Positions 1-12,825 of a stretch of DNA of 64,000 nt are shown here, piece by piece. The translations under genes were made by a program, and so were the position numbers. The DNA is from Octopus sinensis (taxonomy: Eukaryota): the NCBI RefSeq assembly GCF_006345805.1, contig NC_043002.1, positions 78,864,001 through 78,928,000 of the forward strand, written 5' to 3'. The notes below the pieces were generated by a model, which searched no databases, was not told the DNA's origin, and saw nothing but the letters and a program-made list of their open reading frames with translations. The first letter of the stretch is position 1. Each line of letters begins with the position of its first letter.

Positions 1-59
1 TAGTATGAAAATGTGGACAGTAATAAGCCATCAGAAAGAAAAGAATGTGTAAGCAGGTT

Positions 60-320
60 AAAAGTAGTGTTGATTGATTGCCGGAAGCATGGGATTATTG
101 AAGCATGCAGTGCCTTGACAGTTAACAATTAATGTGGATAGTTTATTTCATGCCTTAACAATTTTGAGTGTAAAAAATTGCTTCTTAATGTCATGGGTAT
201 TGCAATGCATTTTATTTTATAATTATGGCCATTGATGGTTGAGATACTGAATTCAGAAAGATGGATAAAGTTGTTGGTAGAGAGCTGCTGGATAATTTTG
301 TGCACCTCTTCTAAATTACG
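60..320 (-). mobile_element. Decayed 3' end of a CR1-like LINE
   Basis: Minus strand reads GHNYKIK..HDIKKQFFTLKIVKA*NKL, like the CR1 ORF2 C-terminus (RGHxxK..R++FFxxRVVxxWNxLP). Same family as 28660-28850. Confidence 0.6.
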
Positions 321-2869
321 AAGCTGCTCTATGTTGAAGTTTTAGTGTGTTAATGTTTTTTTTTTTAATATATGTTATGGTTTAGCTAGAGGAAGAAGGG
401 CAGTGTGCATGACCTTTTTACTGGGTCTCTGAGTCTGAGGAGGAAAGGCAATCTAAAACCATAACTTCTGGATTAATGCCACTGGAAGCAGTGCATCAAG
501 ATATTGAGTTATCCTTAGCCCGGAAGCTTGGAAGGAATGCATGCAACAGTAGACTCCACTAAAGGCGCACAAGAGTCATGTGGTAGTTTCAATCTTGGGT
601 ACAGTTGCACTAACAACACAGAACTGACTTCCTTTGTTAGCTTAAATCAACTATGTTGATGCTACGGATGTGGTTGATCTTAGATTGTATACATTATTTA
701 AAATACATTTTAATAACATTGTTATATTAATAGTGTTAAGCTTAAAATCTAAATGCAGTGTTACCTTTCTTCCTTGCACTTTTTACTCGCATTTAAAGAA
801 ACATATTGTTTTTCATTCTTTGTTTATTTTATTTAATAACTTTATTTTACTTTTGATATAAAAGTACATCTCTTCCATATGGTTCTGCATCTGGAATAAA
901 TATAATTATTTTTCTTTATTCCTTTACCATAGTATTGTTATAATTTTTTGAGGATGCTTGTTCTGTATCTCCTTTCATATCAACCATTTTATTTTTTATT
1001 TTAAATAAATATAATCTTCCTGTGTGACATTTCACACTCCAACTGACACATACAGTAAATAGCATGAAAGTTTGTGCATCTGTGTATGTATGAGTGAGAA
1101 GCGGAGAGTGAAAGAGTGATGGGGGAGTAAAAAGTCACATCATGTATTTTGTAATTGTTTTATTTGAATTGACTCAGTTGTTTATCAAGGTTTTTTTTTA
1201 AATTATTGCTATCTATTTGGTAAATATTCTAAAAGAATGAGAAAGGAAGATAAATGTAAACATATAATGTGTGAGGCAGGATACAGATGAAATATGTCAA
1301 GAAGTTGATTTGATTGCCTCTTTAGAAAGGTTAGTAATAGGTTAAATACTTTTACATGTCAAAATAAAAATGTGAGGTGGGAAAATGACTTCAAGAAAAT
1401 ATTATAAGCTAACTTCTGTATTTGTTTCATATTACGTAATAAGTTGATTTTGAGAGATCATATTTAATAGAGCAATGAAACAATTGGATGAGTAAAATAG
1501 CAGTAGTTGTTATAGAGGATAGGGATTACTATCAAAACTTTCCAGAGGATATTTTCATATGCAGAGACCCATATTTAAAAAAAAAAAGGGAAGGAATTGT
1601 GAAATAATATTTGTATGTCATAAATGACAACCAAATAAAATAAAAAAGAAAAATAGCAAACAAAAGATAATAGTTAACAATAACAAATTAAAGACATCCA
1701 TATGCTCTCACTTCCTGCTAGTAGTTTTCTTCTCAATAAAACAATTTGACGGTGATGGTGATAATAACGATTACAACAGTGGTGACAGATTTATAGAGGG
1801 AAGCTACTATAAATCTAAGAACAGTGTCAGAATATTGTTTAGTTCTGCAAGTGAGATGAGAAATAGCAGTAAGTTGAGGTATTGCACACTAAAACTTCAA
1901 ACAGAACAACCACCAGTTCAAATGTAATAAAAATATGCAAATTAGCTAATGGCATATTCACATCTCAAATATTCAAATTAGATATTGTAATTATTCAAAT
2001 TTTCACTTGGATTATATTTTTTCAATAGACCTGTTACATATTTTACCATGTTTGAATGAATTATAGTTGTATCTGTTGATAATAAAACTATATTTCAATA
2101 AAATATCCCCAAATAATACAGCAGCTAACTTTCCTTTGTTATTTCCTTAGATTTTCTATAAAATAAGAGTAGCATATAAGTTCATCCATTAAAAGTACAA
2201 CTTTTTATCTTAAAAAGTAATGTCCAGTTTTTTCTTAAATTGGTCAAGAAACAAAGAACTTATAAGCAATATACCCTAGCTGGTTCAAATGATAGTAACT
2301 GTTGAATGAAGCTATTTTTGAAAGTTGGATATGTAAAAATAGATGCAAAGACCAGTGCTGTTATATATGTAAATGGTGTACATCCATTGAATGTAGCAGT
2401 CAAGAATATTCCATTTTGTACAGGGAATTTTGTTTCCAAAATATTAAGCAACTGATGATCAGCATCTGTTCTCAATAAGGAAATTTGGGTCTTTTCCCAA
2501 GTCACATAAAAACTTAGTGAAATGATTATTTTATAAAAAAATGTATACTTATAAAAATCACTACTTTCAAAATTGGCTACAATATTAAGGAACACACAAT
2601 CTATGAGTTGGTGAAAAAAATAAACTCCTATCTACTTTTGTTGGATCACAAATCACTTTTTGATTTAAAAAGAAAATCTATGTATTATGCAATAAGTCCA
2701 CGAATGTATGTGGCATTTTCATCTACATGGATGTACTATGCTGATGATTATAGGTTAACTTCAACTTGTCTTTGGATTTTATGATACAAACCTGACTATT
2801 TTAAGATGTCCTTATTTAATTTGAAACCTTCTTACATAGGCATAGAAGTGACTGTGTGGTAAGTAGCTA

Positions 2870-3286
2870 GGCGTAGGAGTGGCTGTGTGGTAGGTAGCTT
2901 GCTTTCCAACCACATGATTCCAGGTTCAGTCCCACTGCGTGGCACCTTGGACAAGTGTCTTCTACTATTGCATCAGGCCGACCAACGCCTTGTGAATGGG
3001 TTTGGTAGACGGAAACTGAAAGAAGCCCGTCATATATATGTATATATGTGTGTATATTTATGTGTGTGTGTATGTTTGTGTGTCTGTGTTTGGTCTCCCC
3101 AACATCACTTGACAACCAATGCTGGTGTGTTTATGTCCCTGTAACTTAGCAGTTCGGCAAAGGAGACTGATAGAATAAGGACAAGGCTTACAAAGAATAA
3201 GTCCTGGGTTCGATTTGCTCGACTAAAGGTGGTGCTCCAGCATGGCCAGAGTCAAATCACTGAAACAAGTAAAAGAGTAAAGAGTA
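2870..3286 (+). mobile_element. tRNA-derived SINE, family A (full length)
   Basis: A/B-box head (TGGCTGTGTGG..GGTTCAGTCCC), CCTTGGACAAGT core, internal (TA/TG)n, AAGAGTA tail. Many copies in the window. Confidence 0.92.
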
Positions 3287-3339
3287 TAGTTTTATGCAAG
3301 AATAGTTTGTTAAGTTACATTTCAAACAGTTTTAATAAT

Positions 3340-3563
3340 GGTTTCAAATTTTGGCACCAGGCCACCGATTTCGGATGGGTGGGGGGATTTTAGGGGAGGA
3401 GTAAGTCAATTACATCAACCCTAGTGTTCAACTGCTACTCAATTTATTGACCCCGAAAGGCAAAGTTGACCTCAGTGGAATTTGAACCCAGAATCTAAGG
3501 ATGGATGAAATGCCACTAAGCATTTTGTCCAGTATGCTAATGATTTTACCAGCTCCCCACCTT
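3340..3563 (-). mobile_element. SINE family B (Meta-domain-like)
   Basis: Pol III-like head on the minus strand and central GCCTTT(CATCCTTT)CGGGGTCAATAAA motif, shared with copies at 4200, 18045, 28850, 35443, 55490 and 59530. Confidence 0.8.
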
Positions 3564-4372
3564 AAACCGCTTTTATAATGAAAATGTTGCTTATTTTAAT
3601 TAAATCCTTCCAAATTCTTAATTAGCTTCAAAGATAATTGAAACACATAACCAATATGGAATTTGATAGAAGAGTTAAAATAAATTACCACAGAGTTAGA
3701 AAATACACAGTAGAATCAAGAAAAATCTTAACCTGCAATATTCTATTAAATATTGCATTCCATATTTTATTTTTTCGCATGTTTATTGCCAACTAGAACT
3801 GGGTAAAATCAAAGAAAAAATAGTTTGAGTTTATGTAAGATGGGGTACATATATATATATATATATTGCTGATGAAAATTAGATTTTCAACTGCAAAGAG
3901 GTCCCATTGCATCACATCTTGGGCAAGTGTCTTCTATTATAGTACCAGGCAGACCAATTCCCTGTGAGTGAATTTGGCAGATGGATACTCTATGGAAGAC
4001 CATCTTCCACACACTCTCTCTCTCTCTCTCTCTCTCTCCATATATATTTATATACATGGATTGGGTTGCCTATCTGCAGGACAAAGACCTCAGCATATTC
4101 TCTCCACCAAAAGATCATATTGGTTTGATGTCCCTATTCTGCCACACCAACTCAACATGGTTTGATAGAGAGTTGCAGCTTTTATGCTCTTACCTAGGTG
4201 TAGTTAAGTCAATTACATTAACCCCAGTGCTCACCTGGTACTTATTTTATCAATCCCAAAAGGATGAAAGGCAAAGTTGACTGTGGTGGAATTTGAACTC
4301 AGAATGTAAGGGCAGATAGACAAAATACCACCAAGCATTTTGCCTGGTGTGCTATCAATTCTGCCTGCTAAC

Positions 4373-4408
<36 letters not shown>

Positions 4409-4424
4409 ACACACACACACACAT

Positions 4425-4453
<29 letters not shown>

Positions 4454-4455
<2 letters not shown>

Positions 4456-4828
4456 AGCAATAAGGGTTTAGCAACGAGTTGCCTTACCACATACCGAATT
4501 AGAAATAGCAGTCAAAGGTTATAGCTATTTCTTCTAAAAAGGGAGATCTCAGTAAAAACAGCATTTGGAAGGCAGACACAAACAGGTAAGAGAGAATGTT
4601 TGTGTCTGCCTTCCAATGCTGTTTTTACTGAGATCTCCCTTTTTAGTAGAAGAAATAGCTATAACCCTTTGACTGCTATTTCTAAATTCGGTATGTGGTA
4701 AGGCAACTCGTTGCTAAACCCTTATTGCTTAGTATTACTTAAATTCCTCGAATGAGGCTTTTACATGCCGAAGACTACTTGGTGTAATTGATAATTTTTC
4801 CAAATTAATTAATTTCACCCTTCATTAT

Positions 4829-4832
<4 letters not shown>
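4454..4832. mobile_element. Fold-back inverted repeat in (TA)n, probable Penelope-like terminal remnant
   Basis: Arms 4454-4584 and 4597-4731 are reverse complements apart from a few small indels, with a 12-nt loop. A ~100-nt unique extension follows, and (TA)n lies on both sides. The PLE assignment is inference. Confidence 0.75.
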
Positions 4833-4866
<34 letters not shown>

Positions 4867-5125
4867 TGTGTGTCTTCATGTGTTTCTGTTCACCCCACCA
4901 CCACTTGACAACAAGCAATTATTTACATTTTCATAACGTGGTGGTTCAGTGAAAGAAACCGTTAGAATAATTATCAGATTTTAACAAATTTGCCCTACTA
5001 CCTATTTTTTTTTTTTTACTAAACCCTTCAAGATGATGCCTCAATGACTGCAGCCCAGTGACTGAAACAAGTAAAAGAATGTCTATTATCGGAGTTCTTT
5101 TCTAATTCTCTTTGCAGTTATATAT

Positions 5126-5518
5126 TTACTCTTTACTCTTTTACTTGTTTCAGTCATTTGACTGCGGCCATGCTGGAGCACTGCCTTTAGTCGAGCAAAT
5201 CGACCCCGGGACTTATTCTTTGTAAGCCCAGTACTTATTCTATCGGTCTCTTTTGCCGAACCGCTAAGTTACGGGGACGTAAACACACCAGCATCGGTTG
5301 TCAAGCAATGCTAGGGGGACAAACACAGGCACACACACACATATATACATATATACGACAGGCTTTTTTCAGTTTCCGTCTACCAAATCCACTCACAAGG
5401 CATTGGTCGGCCCAGGGCTATAACAGAAGACACTTGCCCAAGATGCCACGCAGTGGGACTGAACCCGGAACCATGTGGTTGGTTAGCAAGCCATTTACCA
5501 CACAGCCACTCCTGCGCC
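5126..5518 (-). mobile_element. SINE family A (full length, well preserved)
   Basis: Reverse complement of the 2870/36227 copies, with CpGs largely intact. Confidence 0.93.
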
Positions 5519-5642
5519 TATAGTTTCATTTATGTTATATAAAATATTTTATTCTTTTTTTTTCTTTTAGGTATTATAATATTGAGAAAATGGTAACTTA
5601 TAATAGTCAATTTTGTAAAATTCTATTTAACAAAGTAATAAC

Positions 5643-5674
<32 letters not shown>

Positions 5675-6741
5675 TCTTGGTTTCTAAATCATTGTACATG
5701 TTAATGATAAACTGATTGAGGTGTTTGTTGTGTTACAGATGTCTTAACACTGACTGTTTTCAACTTCAAAGGAAATAATCTTAGGTTATTGAAGCAGATA
5801 CTTTCAGTGATTAATTCATAAGTTGAAATGCTTTTATTTTGGGCTTTATAGTATTTATTTTATAGTAATTAGTTTAAAATACCAATCATCTATAAATTCA
5901 TTTCAAGAGCTGTTGAAGTTGTCAACTTTGGCTACTTGGAATTTTATTTTTCAAGAATAGTATACTCTCATTACTTTTATCCAATGTGTTTGTTGGGAGA
6001 TGTTACTTGAGAGAGATTTGGCTGTTATTTTTGGTTGGTCAAGTGATCATGTAGAGGTTCGATATGATATTCATTGACTTGTGCTTCAAAAGTTTTACAG
6101 TGAGGAAAGATATGAAATGTTTTAAGAGTTTCTTGATCATCTTTTTTTTTTTTTTATCCTTTTATCAATTTCACCAATTGGACAGTGACTCTGCTAGGGC
6201 ATTGCTTTTAATTGTTTGATTTAGTCATGCCAATCCCAGTACTTGTTTCTGTCTGATATCTATTTTATCATTCATTTATCAAACCACCAAATTAAGGGGG
6301 TATAAAGGGAGTGCATGGCTTGGTAGAGAGGTGCATTTTTTATGCTTTTACCTAGGTGTAGTTAAGTCAATTACATTAACCCCAGTGCTCACCTGGTACT
6401 TATTTTATCTATCCCAAAAGGATGAAAGGCAAAGTTGACTGTGGTGGAATTTGAACTCAGAATGTAAGGGCAGATAGACAAAATACCACCAAGCATTAAA
6501 CTGATCTAAAAGTAAACATAAGCATGGACACAACAAACACACATGCATAATATTTATATCATAAGAATTTAGAAACTTTGAGAGATTTGAAATAAATTGT
6601 TTTTAACTGTGGAACTCAACATAAAGGAAACTATAAATAATATGTAGAACACTGGATTCAAAGCCCCTTGGATGGAAAAAGATAAAGGCTAGCCTTCAAC
6701 TTTTTTAACCCTATATCTATACACAAATATAGCTTTATATA

Positions 6742-6791
<50 letters not shown>

Positions 6792-7924
6792 ATAAGGTGA
6801 AAAATTGAATATTAATTTGATCAATATCAATTTAAAACCAGTGGTCTAGCATATAGAAAAAATCTGAAGATTCAGAAAAAATTGTATTACATACATATAA
6901 GAGGGATGACCACTAAGTGGTAAGTGATTACGTAAATGGTAACAACGAAACTGATTTGTGATTAATCTGTATATTTTGTATCTTTTCATTTGTCTTGCTC
7001 ACTTATGTTCTGGCATTTGCTAAATTTTCTTGAGAACATTCCTTTCTTAGTGGTCATCCTTCTTGTGTGCATATAAAAATGTGTGTGTGTGTTTACACAT
7101 ACATGACTGAGTTCTTGTAATTTCCTTCTGTCAACCAAGACTAGTCAACTCATTATCATAGTAGAAGACACTTGTCCAAGGTGTAACACAATAAGATCAA
7201 ACCCAAAATCACACCTGCAACCATGTGCAAAGAATCAAGCTATTAAAGTCTGATTACAAATGCAAGCACTAAATCCAAACAAAATCAATATCGAGCCTTG
7301 GGATATGTTGCATATTATTATTAATAGCTCTGATTTGCCTTCCACTATAACATGTTTAAATATGAAAAAAATCACAGCAAACAAATTTTTATGATACTCC
7401 AGATGTTCAATTCATTTTTAAAGTTCATTTGATCCATTTTATTAAAGGCTGCAGAAAGATTTAGTAACAAGAAACCTGAATAGACACTATCATGGGAGTT
7501 CCAGTAGATGATATTGCTTCCATAATCTGAACAAGGAAGTTTTATTGTTTATATATTTTTACACCCTATTCTCGGTTAGTTTGTTCATGGAGCAAACACA
7601 TGGGATTTGTTAATTAACAGTTGCATTAAGCACACAGGAGCTGTTGATTAATAGTTGCAATTTCAAGATGAAGTGACCAAAATAATAAAATTTTGATCAT
7701 TTAGAATTTTCATTGTGAAATCAATATTCTCTTTATCAAATGTCATCATAGTTTCAAAATCCCCAATAAGCAATTTAATTTTCAGTGTTTATTTATTTGT
7801 TTATTTTATTTTTCCCATATTCCCCCAATAAATTTACTGTATTTGGCCTTCTAAAACATATTTATATTTTTGATTTACAAACATATAATCACAGGTATTG
7901 TTAAGCTTACTTTACAAGCATGTA

Positions 7925-8345
7925 ATTTTAAGTTCAGTTCACTGCACAGCACCTTGGACAAGTATTTTCTATTATAGCTTTGAGTTGACCAATACCATAT
8001 GAGTGAATTTGATAGATTGAAACTGGGAAGTCCATCATGTATGTATGTAATGTATGTATATATAATGTATGAATGTGTGTGTGTGTGTGTAATTTACGTA
8101 TGTATTTAATATACTTGTGTATATGTAATATATGTATTTGTATTTTTCCCTTCTCCATAGCTTGACAGCTAGTGTTGGCTTGCTTACAGAACTATAACTT
8201 GAAAGTTTAACAAAAGAAACTGATGGCTTAAGTACCAGACTTAAGAAAACTAAATACTGGGGTCGATTTGTCTGACTAAATCCTTTGAGGCAGGGCCCCA
8301 GTATGGCCACATTCTAATTACTGAAAGAAGTAAAAGATAAAAGAT
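7925..8345 (+). mobile_element. SINE family A, diverged
   Basis: gttcagttcactgcacagcaccttggacaagt head through to the agtaaaagataa tail. Confidence 0.8.
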
Positions 8346-8812
8346 ATCTCTGAAAAAACAACAAAAAATAAGTCATAGATATAATTCAAAACACTTAGAT
8401 TAGATTTCATTAAGATAATATGCATGATTTGTGGTTCATATTAAGTAATATTTTGAAGACTAGAGACAGGTTTTTGCCACATGCTGTTCTCCGCACCCTA
8501 AAAAAAAAGAAAAGAAATGCTAAGCAGTAATCATAGTCAGTTAATTATATATTATTACATAATTGACTAATTAATGTTAATGATGTCAATTACGTTGTTA
8601 GCCTTGTGAGTGACTTAGTCAATGAGTTGAGATATGGAGAATTGTGTTAGTTTATCAAAACATTCTGTCTTACTATCATGAGTGTTATTTACATAAAAGT
8701 TACTGTTATTTTAAATAGTGACATTAATGTGACAGAGGCAGCTGAAGTTTAAGAAGTTGGGATTCATCAAAGAAATTCTCAGATACGTTAGTTCTGTACA
8801 CTGAAAATAGTA

Positions 8813-9065
8813 TTGGGTTGGCAAATAAATTTCTTTTTTTTTTTTTCTTTTTTCCTAGTTGGCACTCCATTGTTAAATATCTGAAAAGTGGTAAAATTTA
8901 TTCAAATTTCAAAAATGATGAAGAAAAGTTATAAAGGAAGGATAGAGCTACAGAAAAAAAACTCCATAAAACACTACAATAAAAATATTTTTCATGTTAA
9001 TTTAAATAACATTGGAAAGGATTGAAATAAACAAAAAAGACTAATAAATTTATTTGACAACCTAA
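8813..9065. mobile_element. Mariner-type MITE
   Basis: Imperfect TIRs ttgggttggcaaataaattt / aaatttatttgacaacctaa flanked by TA. Confidence 0.7.
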
Positions 9066-9399
9066 TATATAGCTATTCACACTCTAACTGACACATTGAA
9101 ACTATGAGGTGGATGCTGAAAAGTTCCTGGTTTGGGGTAAAAGAAAATACAGGAGGATTGATTTGATATGAATAATTTATGATAATTGCAGTATAGATAT
9201 TTTTGTCAGGTTCCTGAAGTAAAGGCAACCTCTACATCAGCATTTCATAACATTATGATAACATTATTGGAAAATTTCAGCTGTATATTAATAACCAGAT
9301 TCTTTTTACAACATACAAGTTGTTATATTCTGATTCGAATTTGCAAATTTTGCTTTACATTATTAATAATTAGTGCATTTAAATGGAGTTGCTATGGAG

Positions 9400-9810
9400 G
9401 AACAGGCATGGCTATATGGTTAAAAAGCTAACTTTGCTGCCAGTTTTAGGTTCACTGCTTGGCACCTTGAGCAAGTGTCTTCTACTTGCTCAAGTAAGTT
9501 GAGCAATGCCCTGTGAGTTAATCTAGTAAATGGAAACTGTGTGGAAGCTCTATGTATATATTTATATGTGTGTGTATATGTATAGGTATGGCTTTTCATT
9601 TGTATTTGTTCACCACTGTTTGACAACAAGTGTTGGTTTGTTTATGCCTCTGTAACTTAGTAGTTTGGTAAAAGAGGCCAATAGAATAAGTAACCCAACT
9701 TTTAAAAAATAAGCACTTGGTTTGATTTGTTCAACTAAAACCCTTCAATGTGGTGCCCCATCATGGCTGCCATCCAATGACCAACATAAGTAAAAAGATA
9801 ACAGATAAAA
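9400..9810 (+). mobile_element. SINE family A, diverged
   Basis: ggcatggctatatggtt head, caccttgagcaagtgtcttc core, aagtaaaaagataa tail. Confidence 0.8.
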
Positions 9811-11790
9811 GATGAGGCTAGTGTCCTGCAGATTATGTTGTTTATATTTGCTGACTAAGGTAAAGATTTAAAAAGGGACCCAGTTTTGGAACTGCAAAAT
9901 CTACAACTAAAGCAGCTATTTTATCTTGTAGTGATTTTAATTTACTAATACAAAACCAAGAAACATTAAACAAATTTGATAAACTGAAGTCTTGCTGTGG
10001 CATAGAATGAAGGAGAAACATTACAAAGTCTCTACAGTTGAACTAACTTCATATGAAACTTTTTTAAAGTCCTCATTAAAATTAACTGTTGTCATGAGGC
10101 TGACTAAAGCAGCTCTTAGCTTTGTATAAAAAAAAAAGATTATTTCCCTACACAAGAATAAGCTAATTTTTACTTATTAGTTTCAGTATGATATTCATTA
10201 ATTAATTACTAATACAGCTGTTGAAAACTGTCCTCTCTTCCCCACCAAATTTCCTTCCAGAGTAAGACTGTATATATTTTAAGCAGACAAGTACACTTTG
10301 GTACACTGTTTCAGTTTTCATGCTGTGTAGGTGTATTAGTAATTACTCAATTAACTACAAAATGCAAATTAGCTCACCCGTATGTAAGCCAAGAAGTATT
10401 TTCTCTATGAGAGTTGAGAACCACTAGGTTAGTGGTTATATCGGCCAGACTGTACATGCTTCATAGTTGGCACTTAGATCTGAGGAAACCAATGATTGGC
10501 TCACTACTTCTGCACAATCTATTTGGTACCATTAGAAAATATTAATTTCCTGTAGAGGATATTTTTTCCTCTTTCTCACAGCAAACCAATTTTTGTTCCT
10601 CACTTTTGAAATATATATATTTTAAATGAACCAACAACATAATTTTTTGATCTCTTACAATTATCAGCCAAGTCTGTTAATCTGCAGCCTACCATTTTAT
10701 TAAATTTTATTTTTAAGTTAGTACATAGTGCATGAATATACTCAAAAAAAACAAAAAACAAGAAAAAGATGGACTAGTCATGGCTGAAATGCTTTTGATC
10801 ACAAAAAGCCTGTTCAGTCAAAGCTGACCAGGTGTTATGCAATGACAACAACACATGTTGCAATACTAAATAATTTTTAATTCTAAATTGGTTGTGTCTA
10901 GATTGTGGAAAAGTTCTAAACTCTAGTTTGCTTAAATTAATCATTACCATAAAACTATGATTAAACAAAAAGAAAAAAAATTCACTTTCATTTAGTTAAT
11001 TTTACTGAAACATTTTTCATCAGTATATTCTATCGTTGTTGTTGTGTCCAACTTTTAATTAAGAGTTTTATATTTTCAGTGAAGGTTTCCTCTTTTTCCT
11101 TTACTTCATCAAATTTTATCATCTCGCTTTTATATTTTTAATCTTTACATTTCTAATATTTTGTTTATATTTCTCACTTTTATTAACTATTTGTTTTCAT
11201 CAAATAAACAAAATTTTGTTAGCAAATTATTATGAGCTTATGAGGATTTCTAATACTTTAAATGTCAGTAATAATTGATTAGTTTATTTTTAGGAATTCT
11301 TTAATCCTTTAAGGAAACAGGTACTGAAAAACTAAAGTCAGATACTTAAGCAGCAAAATGGAAACAGATGGGTTTTTGTATGTGTGCTTTTATTTAAATT
11401 CTTTAATAAATTACAGAGTAAAATTAGCTGGTATTTTTATGGCTAGAAGACTTCTCTATCAGCTATAATGATGCTGTGTAGCCTTGATTAATTAATAAAC
11501 ATTACTATGACTCCTTAAGAAGTAAATTAACTCCTTGTTTGATCAGCCATTTCAAGGTGTTTATTAAATTTGTTTTCTGCTTTTAATTATTTCAATTTAA
11601 TCAAGAAATAAGGAAGTGGTTCAGTTCCTAACTGTGTGAAATTCTGACATGTAAAGCTAAATCACAAGGATTCATAGAGGCAGCATTCATCTCTTATTGT
11701 TCATAATGAAGAGGGAATACATTGCTCATCTCGCAGAGTTAAACTGCACATTTCAAATTAGCAAAACATTTTTGATTCTGAAATTACTAC

Positions 11791-11821
<31 letters not shown>

Positions 11822-11908
11822 AAGGGTGAAAAGGAACACACGAGTTGATATATATGAAAAAACAAGTCAAAAATAGAAAATGCTAAAATAATTTTATAGT
11901 GAACATTT

Positions 11909-11946
11909 CAGTACCGCTTTCGGTCATTTTGAGACCTTTTCAACTG
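11909..11946 (-). ncRNA. Mirror copy of the hammerhead motif
   Basis: Reverse complement reads CAGUUGAAAAGGUCUCAAAAUGACCGAAAGCGGUACUG. One change (CCGG>GCGG) breaks the stem III palindrome. Confidence 0.6.
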
Positions 11947-12150
11947 TAACGATTAAATAATTAAATTTAGAAAAATTAGAAGAAAATTTTTTAAAAGAAT
12001 ATTTCTATAGTAGTGTTCAGATTTAAGTGGCATTCTGCCTTTCTCTGACTAGAAAGGCAGAATGCCACTTAAATCTGAACACTACTATAGAAATATTCTT
12101 TTAAAAAAACTTTTCTTCTAATTTTTCTAAATTTAATTATTTAATCGTTA

Positions 12151-12188
12151 CAGTTGAAAAGGTCTCAAAATGACCGAAACCGGTACTG
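12151..12188 (+). ncRNA. Minimal type I hammerhead ribozyme (U3-A8 variant)
   Basis: CAG-UUGAAAA-GGUC(UCAAAAU)GACC-GAAA-CCGG-U-A-CUG: stem I CAG/CUG, stem II GGUC/GACC, palindromic loopless stem III, UH cleavage site. Confidence 0.75.
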
Positions 12189-12237
12189 AAATGTTCACTA
12201 TAAAATTATTTTAGCATTTTCTATTTTTGACTTGTTT

Positions 12238-12319
<82 letters not shown>

Positions 12320-12825
12320 ATATAACCCATAAGGTCAAGTAACCTCTATGTAATCCCAGCAAGATAATATAAAAAAACTCAATGTGGTTCCTCAGTCTGT
12401 TGGAAATAACAGCGAAATCCTCTGTAAATTGTACTCACCCACCTAGTATAAAACAAGACCCATTAGATAATGGTATATTAGAAACCCCTAAAAAGACAAA
12501 GTGATAACAGATGAAATATCTTTGATCATAGATATACACGATCAGGTCTGACCTAGGGTTAAACAATAAGAATATGCAAAGTCAATGCGATGACAGTGAC
12601 TGTACAAACTATTAATTCCTCAGCTAGATGTTCAGTACCTTATCAACTTAGTTTAACTTAATTTTTCTTACTTCCCATAATCTTTGTCAAACTCATAGTA
12701 TACTGTGTTGTTATATTAATGACTATGAGAACATAGTTTACTGCAGATAGTTAGATATAGCATTAATCAATCTTGGATTAAGATGTAGACTACTATCATT
12801 GCACAGTTATGAAAGAAACATAAGC

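Larger units (their letters stand above)
11848..12249. mobile_element. ~200-bp-arm palindrome in (TA)n: inverted Penelope-like pseudo-LTR pair
   Basis: 11848-12044 and 12051-12249 are near-perfect reverse complements around a 6-nt loop (CTGACT). Each arm holds a hammerhead motif. (TA)n on both flanks. Confidence 0.85.

Noticed and set aside
2260-2595. 111-aa minus-strand ORF
   Set aside because: No recognisable motif or exon partner. Consistent with a chance ORF in AT-rich DNA.
2887-3144. Recurring short ORFs such as NHMxPGSVPLRGTLGKCLLL and VEDTCPRCHAV that look like a peptide family
   Set aside because: They are translations of SINE family A copies.
9812-9860. MRLVSCRLCCLYLLTK|gtaaag as signal-peptide exon
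   Set aside because: Phase 0, incompatible with 24133, and the ATG lies in a SINE tail.
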